This document shows positions 25,005 through 38,782 of a stretch of DNA of 64,000 nucleotides, piece by piece; position 1 is the stretch's first letter; each line of letters starts with the position of its first letter. The stretch lies in assembly GCA_965113315.1 (NCBI GenBank), contig OZ220365.1. One strand, written 5' to 3'. The notes beneath the pieces were generated by a model. It did no database searches, had not been told where the DNA came from, and worked only from the letters and a program-made list of their open reading frames with translations. The DNA comes from Podarcis vaucheri (taxonomy: Eukaryota). The position numbers and the translations under genes are program-made.

Positions 25005-26167
25005 TATTCATGTTCACTCAAGTCTGCTGGGATGCTTTTTAAAATGTCCCTTTACGCCATTATTATTGGTCAGTCAGGATTGAAAGCATCAGTACATGTA
25101 TGCAGAAGTTTGCTGCTAAATGTGCGTGTAAGGAAGCAATATGGCTGTTTGTGTTGGACAAGGCCATCCAAATGGTTGGATTCTGTGCTAGTGGATTGAT
25201 AGCACGTTTCAAGAGGGCTTTAAGCACAAGGCACTCATCAATAAGTCCTTGTGCTGGGATTGCTGTCACTCACGGCCAGCTTCTGGAATCTCTGCCAAGG
25301 TTACTATATGCTATTAAAAGCATCACAAGGAATCATTCCCTGGGGCATGTCATACGAATAAGCTATTATTCCTTCTGTAACAATTTTTGCCATAAGTTGT
25401 TAGAAGAATTTGACCTGGCTGATCAAAGGGACGAGCTTTCAAAATTTGAACTACATGAATAACTTCAGTAGCTGGCAGAAATTGAAGCCCTTTATCCCAT
25501 TACATGGGCATAAAATTTACTTTTAAGGCATATTAAGAGACCTCAAGCTACATAAAGTTTGAAAGAAGGAAGGCATTGTATATAGACCACTTTTCATAAT
25601 TCAAACAAGCAGTATAGTCGTAATTTTCATTTCCTTACAAGCCCTAGGAACAGAGAAAGAAGCTGTTTTGGAACATTACCAGAAGCCACAACTTTTTTTG
25701 CCAGAATATCAGGGGTAAATCGGTATCTCCTTCCACAGCCAAAGTTTAATTGAGGATTGGTATAGCAAAGTCCGCAATGTACCTTTAACATTTCTTTGTT
25801 GTTTTCTGTGGCCAGGCAGGACTGTCATGACCAACAGGCTTTCTATTGTTGTCTTAGCTTCTTTTTATTTCACAGCCTTCCAGAAGAATGCAAAGTTGGC
25901 CAAGGCCTTGGCAGACCTTCCCCCAAGATACAGTAAAAGAAGAAAAAAGTGTGAGGGGCTATGAAGGATTCAGCCACAAAGGATTCAAAGTGATGTCAGT
26001 GGCTAGAATCAAATGGCTGTTTTTGGATCACATTCCATGTATGTTTAACTACCTTCATTATAGCATGCTAGGGTACAATCCTGAAGACAATTATTAGTTA
26101 GTAAAATCCATTGAACTCAGTGGAACTTAATTTTGTGTAAACATGTATAGGACTGTTTCAGAACATG

Positions 26168-27100
26168 GTTGGAGGTTGGAGGATGGATGGTGGCTAACAG
26201 ATTGAGGTTGAATCCTGAAAAGACAGAAGTACTGTTTTTAGGGGACAGGAGGCAGGCAGGTGTGGAGGATTCCCTGGTCCTGAATGGGGTAACTGTGCCC
26301 CTGAAGGACCAGGTGCGCAGCCTGGGAGTCATTTTGGACTCACAGCTGTCCATGGAGGCACAGGTCAATTCTGTCTCCAGGGCAGCTGTCTACCAGCTCC
26401 ATCTGGTACGCTGGCTGAGACCCTACCTGCCCGCAGACTGTCTCGCCAGAGTGGTGCATGCTCTAGTTATCTCCTGCTTGGACTACTGCAATGTGCTCTA
26501 CGTGGGGCTACCTTTAAATGTGACCTGGAAACTACAACTAATCCAGAATGCAGCAGCTAGACTGGTGACTGGGAGCGGCCACCGAGACCACAGAACACTG
26601 GTCTTGAAAGACCTACATTGGCTCCCAGTACGTTTCCAAGCACAATTCCAAGTGTTGGTGCTGACCTTTAAAACCCTAACAGCCTTGGTCCAGTATACTT
26701 GAAAGAGTGTCTCCAACCCCATCGTTCTGCCCAGACAACGAGGTCCAGCTCCGAAGGCCTTCTGGCAGTTCCCTCCCTGCGAGAAGAAAACATATGAAGG
26801 CAGAAGAAGAAGAAGAGTTTGGATTTGATATCCCACCTTTCACTCCCCTTCAGGAGTCTCAAAGCGGCTAACAATCTCCTTTCCCTTCCTCCCCCACAAC
26901 AAACACTCTGTGAGGTGAATGGGGCTGAGAGACTTCAAAGAAGTGTGACTGGCCCAAGGCTGCATGTGGAGGAGCCTTGTTTAGGGAAGCTTTTAATATC
27001 TGAAGGACTATTGTATTTTAATCTTTTGTTGGAAGCCGCCCAGAGTGGCTGGGAAAACCCAGCCAGATGGGTGGGGTATTATTATTATTATTATTATTAT
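26168..27100 (+). mobile_element. L2-clade LINE 3' fragment interrupted by a SINE piece
   Basis: WMVANRLRLNPEKTEVL, LDYCNVLYVGLP, LHWLPVRF motifs (ORF 26169-26702); 3' UTR and (TAT)n tail. Confidence 0.92.
26804..26974 (-). mobile_element. Squam3-like SINE, truncated, nested in L2
   Basis: (CTT)n tail on the minus strand; near-identical to the 38372-38615 copy. Confidence 0.8.
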
Positions 27101-28190
27101 TTTATTTTGGCATTATAGGACTGTTGCTCATGTCACTCATGTTTTTCAACAGCTGCATGAACTGGACAGAGGGATTGTCCGTATGTTCCGGACAGGCAGC
27201 TCTCTTTCCCATTTTCATGAGATTCCAGGAAGGGAGTTGAAACCCTGAAGTGTTCTCTGGAAGCAGTGAGGGTCTACGTATGAGGGAACAAACTGAAAGT
27301 TAATCCCGATAAATTGGTCTGACTTCTTAACAATAAACCCATTTTTTATCTATTGCAATAATCTTCCTCTGTATTTAAACCCTCTGTGCCTACTTAAGCT
27401 TTACTGCTCTGTATGCTACTGGTAACTGGATATTGGATTTGTATACACCTCTAAATGTCTAGAGGGCTCAAAGGAAATAGCAATGTATATTTAGAGTAGT
27501 GGCGCATTATTGCCACTGTTTTTTAATATAGTAACCAGCTGAGGGTGCAAGTCTACAGCACTGTTAAAAACAACAACACAACTCTGAGAGTTCAACTCTG
27601 AGAGTTCAAAGTTTCCCAAGATTTTTTTCTGTACAGGTCCCACTGAATTTAGTGTGAGCTACATAAAATTCCATAAAGTTGCACTGTACAAAAACAAAAC
27701 AAAACTGATAGCATAGAGAGAATTTAAGAACTTAAGCTAATTTGGCCACTCTTAACCATGTGGCATGAATGTAGGTTAAATCTAATAATGCCATTGTGCT
27801 TGTGATTTGGCAAAGGAGGCTTGTACTCTGTCATAAAGGTTGTATCCGATACCGTAGCTGAATCATCGGAGTTTTGCTAAGCAGCAGTAGTGTCATGTGT
27901 TCCATGGACAAAGCTATGGAGCTGTCCTCCTGATAGCAGATAGGGCTGCTTTCTTGGGAAGGACTGGGCTAGGGCATGGTGGTGGCAAGGTTGGGGTCGT
28001 GCAGGCATACTGGCTAGAACACTCGATGGGGGCAACAGTCCCACTGATGCGCCAGTGCAGCTCAGACTTCACTGCTGCCATGTCCGATTCCTGCCGCATC
28101 GGCAGCGATGGCAGTGTTGGGGGTTTGGCTCTGTCCCAACACATGCATTGCTTTTCGTAGGCAGGTCAAAACTGGTACAAATCAAATATG

Positions 28191-28372
28191 AAGAGGGACT
28201 GTAGCGCAGTTGCAGAAGACATGCTTTGCCTGCAGAAGGTCCCATGTTCAACCCAGAGCATCTCCAGGCAAGCAAGGATAAGAAAGACAATTGTCTGAGA
28301 CCATAAACAGCTGCAGCCAGTCAGAATATAAAACATTAGGCAAAAGTCAGACCTGGTATAAAGCAGCTTTCA
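28191..28372 (+). mobile_element. Older squamate tRNA-derived SINE (Squam2-like)
   Basis: Degenerate A/B boxes (TGTAGCGCAGTTG, GTTCAACCC) followed by GCCAGTCAG...GTATAAAGCAGCTT; related decayed copies near 50586-50745 (-), 51935-52080 and 59070-59260. Confidence 0.55.
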
Positions 28373-28579
28373 ATAGCCTATTGTCACTCTACATCCCAGC
28401 ACCCACTACCACACCCTTCTCCCTAAAGAGTGGGTGTATCGTCTTTTTGGAATTTAGAAACAAGCCATAAAGATATGGGTGGGTTTCCTTTTTGGGCAGT
28501 CCTATTACAAGCATTATTGTTAATGCTTATATTATATTATATTATATTATATTATATTATATTATGCATTATTGTTAAT

Positions 28580-28924
28580 GCGGGTGGCACTGTGGGTTAA
28601 ACCACAGAGCCTAGGACTTGCCGATCAGAAGGTCGGTGGTTCGAATCCCTGCGACAGGGTGAGCTCCCGTTGCTCGGTCCCAGCTGCTGCCAACCTAGCA
28701 GTTCGAAAGCACGTCAAAGTGCAAGTAGATAAATAGGTACCGTTCCGGCGGGAAGGTAAACGGCGTTTCCGTGCGCTGCTCTGGTTTGCCAGAAGCAGCT
28801 TAGTCATGCTGGCCACATGACCCGGAAGCTGTATGCCGGCTCCCTCGGCCAATAAAGCGAGATGAGCACCACAACCCCAGAGTCGGTCACGACTGGACCT
28901 AACAGTCAGGGGTCCCTTTACCTT
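28580..28924 (+). mobile_element. Sauria SINE with long TSD and complex 5' junction
   Basis: Full body; TATTACAAGCATTATTGTTAATGCTTA at 28503-28529 and 28925-28951. Confidence 0.93.
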
Positions 28925-31630
28925 TATTACAAGCATTATTGTTAATGCTTAAGAGTGTGCTACATAAGGATTGTAGGAAATGGAGTGATGAGGCCAGAAG
29001 TTCACACACTGGAAATCTCGAAGGGCTTAGATAAGCCATTAAATTTGACTGCTGATATTTTCACAGGGCTCTTTCCAATAAAGTGCTGAGATTACTCCAT
29101 TAGCTCAATAGCTTCTGCATCCACAAATCTATTCAAGGCAGCAATGTCAACTCTTTACAGGACAATGAAAAATATGGATGAATGAAAAGTAAATGAATAA
29201 TTTCACCTAATATTCTTGCGGGGTGGGATCTTCCTCACTGGAAGTGCTTTCAGTTTGAGTAAACAGATAGGGCTGAGTTCACGTTATTGCTGGTTAACCT
29301 AATGTTTTCTGCCTGTGACTAATGAGTCTCCTTCCCAAGTCAAAACATGAAAGAATTTCACAGATAACGTAAAGAAATGATAAAGACTTCAGGTGATATA
29401 GATCTCCTCCTGTACACAGTATTACATTCCCCCGAGTGAGTTCATGTAAGATCACTTTGTGCCGTTCATAATCAAAGCACAGTCCTCAGAGCTCTGCTTC
29501 TTTGATCATGTGCAGAAGTTTTCTGATGATGTAGCGCAGTTTGCTAGCAAAGGCCATCCCTCCAGAGCACAATACAAAAATGATTTTCATATCAGGTCTA
29601 AGGAATATTCTTCTTCCTTCAAATCTGTCTTTCAGAGGCTGGTAATAAGCACAGGGGCTTCTGGGCTCTCTGTAACAGCAGCACTCATATAAAGGTTTTT
29701 TGGTTGTAAGTGTTTCGATTTTGAGTTGTAAGCTTCCTTGTTGTGACTCCATAATGTGGCATGCACTGATGGTGAGCCACACACAAATAAACACACAAAC
29801 AAACAATGCAAAGCCCCTTTGCATAGAAATAGTAAGGTGTTTGGGCACACAGAAATAATTCTTCTGATCCCTTTGAGCATGTGTGCTATTATTTTAAACT
29901 TTCTCAAGGATTCATCCTGTCAACTAAGTCTTCCTTACACAGTGCTGGAACATATTTATTAGCAAACGGTAGCCAAATAATTGACTGATTAGTTAAAATC
30001 AGTACTGTAGACCCACTACTTATGTGGGGTGGGAGTTATGTTCCAGGGATAGTGCATAAAGCCAAAACTGAATATAGTCAAAACACCGTGAGTGCAGTGA
30101 CAGACCCTCCAAGTGTACCTATAAAAAGGTTTTTACTTTGTGCGTGTCAGGAAACGGAACAAGGTATTTCAACCGCAAATTTCTGTTTGTACTATGTGGG
30201 GCTCATTTCATTTTGTGGTACCTGCTATTTGCCCCCATGTTACTCCAGGCAGGTTGCAAACATTACTTTTTATCCCCTTACTGAGTTAACTGTCAAGTGA
30301 GTTAATGACAAGCCTTTACTCTATGCAGAGACTAGAGATAATTTGCCAGAAGCAAACAAAAATCTATTGGGCCAACTGCAACATGCTCCTTGCATCATGT
30401 AAGACAGATGGAAACTACTTCAGGGTAAAACTAATTTCTCCTAGGGTAAAAGCCACAAAACATAGCTGTGAAAAAGGTCTTTAATTTATTATTATTATCG
30501 TTATCATCATCATCATCATTACCACTCTTTTTATACAATTTGGCTGCAACCCTAGGCAATGAGCATTTATGTATCTGCATGGAAACCAAAAAGCACCATA
30601 AAGGAGGGCTGTGATTTTCATCACCTCTGGGATGGAAACGTGGAAAGAAGCAGAAACCACCACCAAACAATGCTGTCTCACTGTTTGATCGGTGGAATTA
30701 TGAACGTTTACATTTCTATAGCAACAATTGCATATCTAAAGTACTGTAGAAACAGTCAAATACTAATTTTCAATAGACAGCCAAGTTTGGTGCAATTTAG
30801 CAAACAGAAGCATTTTATTTATTTATTTTAAAAAAGTCTGGATTGTCAAGGCTGTTCTCTCTCTCTTTTTCTCTTTCTAACTGATCCTTTAAATAAAACA
30901 CAATAGAGGGAACCATGAAAACAGAAATTTGCTATAATTGTCAGCAGGAGCATATCAATGGCAAATAGTCTAGAGAACAAACTCTAATCCTTTGCCACCA
31001 ACCCATCTGTGCCGAAAAGATAAAAAAAGTGTATGAAGATGGAAATAAGTACAGCTGAATCTGTGACAAGTCAAATGCTAAGCAGGCTGGTTCATCATAT
31101 TGTTACACACCACCCCAAACTCCACAGTGTGAGATTCCAGAAGTTCCAGGCATGCTTTGGCTCAAATGTACACTTGGGTCTAACCTAAATACACACTCCA
31201 AGCTTTAACACTCCAAACTTCAATTCAATTCAATCAATAGCTTAATCCAGAACGTATGGTGCTTTGCAACCCAAGACTCATAACAACATGTTAAACTACA
31301 CTGATTCTGAGTGTGCCCATTGAAAAATATTGGAAAGGTGAAATATCTTTCCTCAGTGATGTAAAAAATGTGGCATTTTGCATTCAAATTCTCTATATAT
31401 AAAAGCCCAATAAAATAATCAAAATAAATCACACAGTCCCACACATCAGTGACTCTAAAGCAACCACATTGACATTGGCACAAATGTGCTGTGAAGAAAC
31501 AAAAGGTTTGTAAAAAGAGCAAGAATACTATGGACATTTTAACAAGTGCTGAATGAAAACCATTTGCAAAGGTTGCAATTCTTGCTTTTGTACATCTACT
31601 GCAATGTCTGAAAACTGTGGTGAGCACTTA

Positions 31631-31631
<1 letters not shown>

Positions 31632-31665
<34 letters not shown>
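31632..31665. repeat. (AC)n microsatellite
   Basis: About 16 AC units. Confidence 0.95.
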
Positions 31666-34249
31666 CTAAAAACAGGAAACACATAACAAAAAAGAAGAGA
31701 AAAGAGGGCCAAATTTGCATAAAATGTGCATATGCTACTTAGTAGGTATACAGAGAAGTTTAGAAATATCTACTTTAATTTAAATAAAAATATAGTACAT
31801 CCTCATAGTGGGGAAGACTGTGACTGCTCTCCCATCTTATGGCTCTTTGTTTTTCAATTGGACTTGAACATCAATAGACAACACTGTCAAACAGACCAAT
31901 AAAGCAGAACACATAGACACCTTATTGAAAACAGACCGTGCATATATGTGAGTGTGTGGACATCTGATCAAATGGGAGGGTATTACACTGGGGAACCAAC
32001 TCCTTTTTAGATGTTTAAGATGCTCCTCTTTATTCTTTTTGTCCAATATCTGTGGTCTGGTTATATAAATCAAGTTTATTGTGTGCTCAGATAAAATACT
32101 CAGAATGGCTAGCACATTATAATTTGCTTCCAGTGCAGTTTGCTCCTGAAGAAGCTACTGTCCCTGAGTTAAACAGCGCATTTTATTGGCTGTTTTCCTT
32201 CCATAACCCAAAGGATGATTTTATATTTACATCTAATGATATTAATTATATCCAAATATTTATCTCCACTGTGGCTAAATTAGCAGGTACTTAATTGTAT
32301 TAATATATACCACCTGACACTTGGGTTATCTCACTTGCCTGCACGTGGAAAATAGAAAACTACATAATTCAGTTATGTGGAAAACGTCCTCAAGGGCATC
32401 TGCAATGTAGCTGACACCCCACATAAAATCTGTGCTTCACACAGCGAGTTGCCTTCTGCAGCATATTATTAGGAGCAGAGCACCTTCCCCATCCCCCAGT
32501 TACATAGATCATTTTTATTCATTAAGAATAAAAGTGCTTCTATGGCTGTGTAGTAAGGAAAGCAAAACAATCAAACAAAAAAGAGTTCACTGTCAGATCC
32601 AAAGCAGGATGCAAATTTCTTTTCCTGTTAATTAATCGAGCTTTCATCGCAATTCTGTGATCTGTAAATAAAGCTCCCAAAGCAGTTTTATAAAACACAA
32701 AGGAGAAGAGACACAGGAGGTAGTAGAGGGGAGAAAAACCCATGGATGATGAAATTCCACAGAAACTAATTGTGTTCTCTTTCTGAAGGATGACCAAGCA
32801 GGGCCTTCAGAAATAATTCTGAGTTTGCTTGTTTTTTTACGCAAATGAACTATAAACTCAAAGTGTAACGTGCCCTTGACATAACTTGAGCACCCACCAT
32901 ATATTACTAAGCTTTGTAAATATTATGAATGGAAGGAAAGTTGCTTCTGCTGCTAAAGCGTATGCAGTGTCTAAGTTTCCAAGTCTTACTTTCCAAGTTC
33001 CTTTATTAAAAATTGCTCAGGCCTTTCAAGATCTGCCATAAGGGGGACTGATGAGAAGGCCTTAAGATATTTACCCAGACATGACCGAGACATGCTTGAT
33101 GAGATGGGAAAAACACGAAGCCCTTTGAAAGGATGCAAAACTCTCTGGCCATCTGCTTAGTGGCAATGCTTGGAGAACAATGAGGGGGGGAATAAGAAGT
33201 GGGGAGGGGAGGGGGGCTGCTAGATGGAGGGAAAAGGTAAAGGATCCTTCAATTATTGGGTCAATGAGGCCATTACCGCTCAAAAAAAAGTCTGAGGGAG
33301 TCAGCAAAGCTCAGGAAAACAACAGCAGCTCATTTAAACAAAAAACAGCCCGGCCCGTAAGAAAGCAATTTAGGTCAGTGTTGCTCATGAAACCTTAGTT
33401 AATTAGAAATCATAGGTAATGCGTGCAAGCTCCGAAGAAGTTTCATTCCTCTGCCTTATCCTTCCTTTCATTTCCAGCCCTTGAAATCCTGCAGATGGAG
33501 CTCTGCTTAAATGAATAGCGCACAGCCCGAGAGGAGCTTCTGTTTCATTTGGCAGTGCAGGTGAACAGCCTGAATTAAGGTTTTAAATGAATGCCCCAGG
33601 TGTTTATTCAATATGGTGTACAGCTTAGGCGCTGCGAGCTCTAAAGGCTTGGCAAAGCGCATCTGTGTTTTCACTATTATACAATCCACTGGAGAAAAAT
33701 TACAGGGAAGGCAAAAGTTTGCTAACCCGGAGTACCACAAATCAGATTTGAACCATTGTTTTTTTGCCAGGCTATGAAATGTGTTATCCTCAAGAAGGAG
33801 TACATTATTCTGAATGAACGAGCAGCCCCTTAGTTCTGAGGGGCACTTAACAGTGCCCTAAGCTGTGGTAATATGTTCAATAAGCTCATTTTTATAATAA
33901 TAAATTCAGGTTGTGTTTTTGCCTTTTGTTATTTCACTGCAGCAGCTATATCACTTCGTTGTTTCCAAAGCTTTTCAAAGCTGACAGAGCCTTAAAGGTG
34001 TTTGGAGGGAATTTTTTACCCAAGAGCAATAATATATCTCATGATTCAGTGTGAATGGGTGGTTCGTGAATTCTGAATTGAGGCCATGCGGTCTCATTTT
34101 GGACTGGACCACTTTGTCGTTAAAAGTAGTAGAATGTCAGAAAGAAGCTCTGAACAGAATTCAGTTGGGAAAGTCATAGCTGCTGAGCACTCTCCTCTTT
34201 GAAAGTTTTCAGAGACCTGTCCAGGGTTGAATCTGGCAACCTTATCCTG

Positions 34250-34387
34250 CAGCCTTTCTCAACCTGTGGGTCCCCAGATGTTGTTGAACTACAACTTCCA
34301 TCACCCCTAGCTAGCAAGGCCAGAGTTCAGGGATGATGGGAGTTGTAGTCCAACAACATCTGGGGACCCACAGGTTGAGAACTGCTG
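34250..34387. mobile_element. Palindromic hAT-like MITE (ACTACAA...CCATCA family)
   Basis: The whole element is an imperfect hairpin; TATCCTG duplicated on both flanks. Confidence 0.85.
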
Positions 34388-34864
34388 TATCCTGGAATCA
34401 CTAATTCACTAATGCTGCTTCAGAGTATTCTGGACTGCAGGGCCAGCCCAATACATTTTGCCATTTGAGGCAAAACAGATTCACAGAATTGTGGAGTTGG
34501 AAGGTACCCCAAGAGGAGTCATCTAGTTCAACCCCTACAATGCAGGAATCACAGATAAATATTCCAGACAGCATTCATGTTGAGTTATGTGTTCTTTGAA
34601 TAAACCTGAAATGTTTGGTGCCTGCTACATGGTGCATGTCATTTTTCATATCCAACAATACCCTGGTATGAAAACGCGGGCCACATTTTTATTAATTCAC
34701 TCCAAGTAGATGTTGCTTTACGTCTAAGGAAGGAATATTTCCATACTTTATGAGCATCCCAATCTTGTCTTCATATCACTCCTGGGAGCATTCCCTCCTC
34801 CTCACAGCCAGCACACCCTAAAGGTGCATCAAGGATGCATTGCACCCACGGATTCATGACACTA

Positions 34865-35089
34865 CAGTGGTACCTCAGGTTAAGTACTTAATTCGTTCCG
34901 GAGGTCCGTTCTTAACCTGAAGCACCACTTTAGCTAATGGGGCCTCCAGCTGCCGCCGTGCCGCTGGAGCACGATTTCTGTACTCATCCTGAAGCAAAGT
35001 TCTTAACCTGAGGTACTATTTCTGGGTTAGCGAAGTCTGTAACCTGAAGCGTATGTAACCTGAAGCGTATGTAACCCGAGGTACCACTG
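34865..35089. mobile_element. Tigger-type MITE family A (opposite orientation)
   Basis: Same TIRs; TA TSD. Confidence 0.92.
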
Positions 35090-35879
35090 TATTGAACTCA
35101 GTGACCCATTAATTACTAATGGGTCAAGAATACATCTTTCATTTTAAAAATTAATTTTAAAAAAATATTTAAAAAACAACCTTCTGAGTCTAAAAACAAG
35201 TAAGAACCTCACTGAAATTAAAACGTATGCTTATGTGTGTGAGAGTTTTGAGATATCCGTGTCTTCATCTGATATGCAAGTTCTGATATGTGAAAAATGA
35301 GTTACTCTTTTTTGCTGGGGAAGCTGTTAACTGCCTCCCAGAAGCAGATAAATCCATTTCAAGCAAACATGCTCTTTTTAGACTTTTAAACATGTATCCT
35401 CTATGTTTATTTATTTTCATGTTATTCTGCCCCCCCCCTCCAACTTTCAGGTTAAATCAGTAGCTTAGTCTGAAGTAGGAAGAAACAATATTTTTACTTT
35501 TTTAACACTTTGTTATTTAAAAGCTATTGGTCCAACAAACCCCAAATACTCAGATCATTTCAAAAGGGATGACTGGGATGGATCCAGAATTCCTGTGGGA
35601 GCAGGGGAGGCCATTTTCACTCATTCCTACACCCTGTGCCCCCCCATCCCTGCACCCCCTGAAAAGCTGCTCTTGCAGATTGGGGGACCCTCTGGAATGG
35701 TGTGGAAAGCAGCACAGGAAGCAGTGAGAATTGCCCCCCCTTCTTCCTCCAGCTGGAGTTCACAGAGTTTCCATGAGCATAAGTTACATTCTGGATCCCA
35801 ACCATCATGTCTGAACAGTACAAAGATGGTCCATGTTTGGAAGCCTTGCAGAGCAAACAACCTGCTCATGCAGTGTAGG

Positions 35880-36356
35880 AAAGGTTGAAATGAACCTGCA
35901 CAGGGCTGTTTATGCTAGCCAGATTTAATATGTCTCCCTTGATGATGGTAAGAGGAAGATATTTAGCTCTCCCAGAAGCAGAGCGTCTCTGCAAATGTGG
36001 CAGGCAGGAACCTGATACGTTGGAGCATATTTTCTTTTGCAATTTTGGCATTTATGCCAGAAGACAATTGTTAGAGGCCTTACAACCTAACAGGCTCAGT
36101 TCTATGCCGCCAATGGTTCAGGACCTGCTCTCGGACAGGAATGATCAAATTACTTTGATAGTGGCTGAATTTCTGAATGCTGCCCATGTGAAAAGACTGG
36201 GCCATTATAGAGAGACTTAGTGGTTCTTGATTGGTTGATGATGTGGTGGTGTCAGACTGTATTATTTATGCAAACTGTTATGCCGAATTTGTATTGAATT
36301 TGTTTTACAATGTGTTGTTTGCTATGCCTAATAAAGGATTGATTGATTGATTGATG
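35880..36356 (+). mobile_element. RTE-X-like LINE 3' fragment
   Basis: ARFN..RGRY..PEAERLCKCG..DTLEHIFFC C-terminal zinc-knuckle; AATAAA followed by a (GATT)n tail. Confidence 0.7.
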
Positions 36357-37360
36357 AACCTGAACAACCCACAAAGGGGAGGAAGGGAAGTCGAGGAGAT
36401 TCTTTGGAATTCTCTTTCAGTGTTGGTTGTTTGATAATTGTTTGTAAATTTCAAAAACTGAAAAAGCTGAAAATAAATAAAAATGAAACGACCCTGCACA
36501 AGGACTAAAGGAGAAGAGGGTTGGATTTGTGCCCACTGAGACTGCCCCATCTGCCACACATTCATGGGAACTTGTGGACAGAGCCTGCGAGACTACAGAC
36601 CTGTACCCTGCATTTTTTGAAGGATACAGATACCATGGCTATTTTGAACCCGGAGAACCTCTCCTCAGAAGTTCCAATGAATGCCTAGTCAAACTTGATG
36701 TATTGTCTTCAACAGTGGGCTCAGTACCAGACTGCTAACGGAATAAATAGCTTCGTGGCACTCCAAAGTTTCTATCTCTGGTCTGTTCTGTACACCCTTT
36801 ATGTTAGCCGGTTTTCCCTCATCTCCTTATCAAACCCTATGATCACACCTCCCTCCCTCTCTTCTTCCCTCCCTCCTTGTTATCTGAAATAAAAGATACA
36901 TTAGAAAAGAGGCAGATTTCCTTTCCTTTTTTTTCCTCCTCAGAAAGTGGTACGGTTTAAAAGCCTCCTAATTATTGTTATGCCTGTTACAGAAATAATT
37001 TACATCCTACATAATGGAGCTAAGGTGGCTAACAACAAACGCAGTAAAATACAACATAAAGCAATCCTATAAAATGTAAACAGTGTATAAACCAAACAGG
37101 TAAAAAAAAAGATCAATAAGACAGCCAGGCTTAATAAATAAATAAAAATAAAACAAAGCACAGCAGCAGGAGCAGGAGCAGATAAAACAGCTTGATAGGC
37201 CAAAGGCTTGTCTAAATAAGAAGATACATGTGTGATGGAAGCCACCACAAGTATCTGAACTGGCGTCTCCAAGGAAGGTGTTCTAGAGTCTGGCCACAGC
37301 TACCAAAAAGTCCCTCTCTCAAATCCCTGCCAAATGCACTTCAGGCTTCTGAATCTAGTA

Positions 37361-37596
37361 CAGTGGTACCTCAGGTTACAGACGCTTCAGGTTACAGACA
37401 CTTCATGTTACAGACTCCTCTAACCCAGAAATAGTACCTCAGGTTAAGAACTTTGCTTGAGAATGAGAACAGAAATCGTGCTCTGGTGGCGCGGCAGGAA
37501 GGCCCCATTAGCTAAAGTGGTCTTCAGGTTAAGAACAGTTTCAGGTTAAGAACGGACCTCCAGAACGAATTAAGTTCTTAACCCGAGGTACCACTG
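37361..37596. mobile_element. Tigger-type MITE family A
   Basis: Same TIRs; TA TSD. Confidence 0.92.
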
Positions 37597-37671
37597 TACT
37601 TTATTAATTTGATTCACTGAGAAAACTCCAGACTTGTACTATACCATTTTTAAAAGGCTGATGTGCCATAC

Positions 37672-38165
37672 CAGCATCTTAAAAAGTAGAGACATCACCT
37701 TGCCAACAAAGGTCCGTATAGTAAAAGCTATGGTTTCCCCAGTAGTGATGTATGGAAGTGAGAGCTGGACCATAAAGAAGGGTGATCACCGAAGAATTGA
37801 TGCTTTTGAATTATGGTGCTGGAGGAGACTCTTGAGAGTCCCATGGACTGCAAGAAGATCAAACCTATCCATTCTTAAGGAAATCAGCCCTGAGTGCTCA
37901 CTGGAAGGACCGATCCTGAAGCTGAGGCTCCAATACTTTGGCCACCTCATGAGAAGAGAAGACTCCCTGGAAAAGACCCTGATGTTGGGAAAGATTGAAG
38001 GCACAAGAAGAAGGGGACGACAGAGGACGAGATGGTTGGATAGTGTTCTCGAAGCTACCAGCATGAGTCTGACCAAACTGTGGGAGGCAGTGGAAGACAG
38101 GAGTGCCTGGCGTGCTCTGGTCCATGGGGTCACGAAGAGTTGGACACGACTAAACAACAACAGCA
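37672..38165 (+). mobile_element. 5'-truncated Bov-B LINE
   Basis: Highly similar to about 288-790; (CAA)n tail; 11-bp TSD ATGTGCCATAC (37661-37671, 38166-38176). Confidence 0.95.
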
Positions 38166-38371
38166 ATGTGCCATACACACAAGCCTTTGCATGATTGTTT
38201 TTTTAATGCTCCTCTACATGGAATAAAAATGAATTTAGGGTTTGTATGCCAGCTAGCGCCTTTGGTCATGGATAAAGAACATTATTTCAGTATGTGTTAT
38301 TACTAAAACTTGGCAATTATGCTTGTACCACAAGGTTTTGTAGTGTCTTCATTCTGTATAACATCTAGATG

Positions 38372-38615
38372 AAGAAGAGGAGTTTGGATTTGATATCCCA
38401 CTATATCACTACCCTAACGAGTCTCAAAGCGGCTAACATTCTCCTTTCCCTTCCTCCCCCACAACAAACACTCTGTGAGGTGAGTGGGGCTGAGAGACTT
38501 CAAAGAAGTGTGACTGGCCCAAGGTCACCCAGCAGCTGCATGTGGAGGAGCGGAGACACGAACTCGGTTTCCCAGATTACGTGACTACCGCTCTTAACCA
38601 CTACACCACACTGGC
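38372..38615 (-). mobile_element. Squam3-like tRNA/CORE SINE, full length
   Basis: Minus-strand head GCCAGTGTGGTGTAGTGGTTAAGAGCG with B-box, CORE-like GGGTGACCTTGGGCCAGTCAC, (CTT)n tail; TSD TCTAGATG. Confidence 0.85.
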
Positions 38616-38782
38616 TCTAGATGGTGGTCCTAGAGGGAGGTCATTAGGAGTTTTGTAGCTGGGTGATTTGATTTCTTATTTATTTAACTATTTATAATCT
38701 GTACTTTCATAAAATATGTTAGGGCAGCTTACAATACATAAAAAATACAAAATAAATACAAATGATATTATAAATACAAATA

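Noticed and set aside
27850-28160. GC-richer unique stretch with several short ORFs
   Set aside because: No coherent frame or recognisable family; left unassigned.
29486-29669. KIIFVLCSGGM resembling a vWA MIDAS motif
   Set aside because: Lacks the Asp of DxSxS and no further vWA sequence follows.
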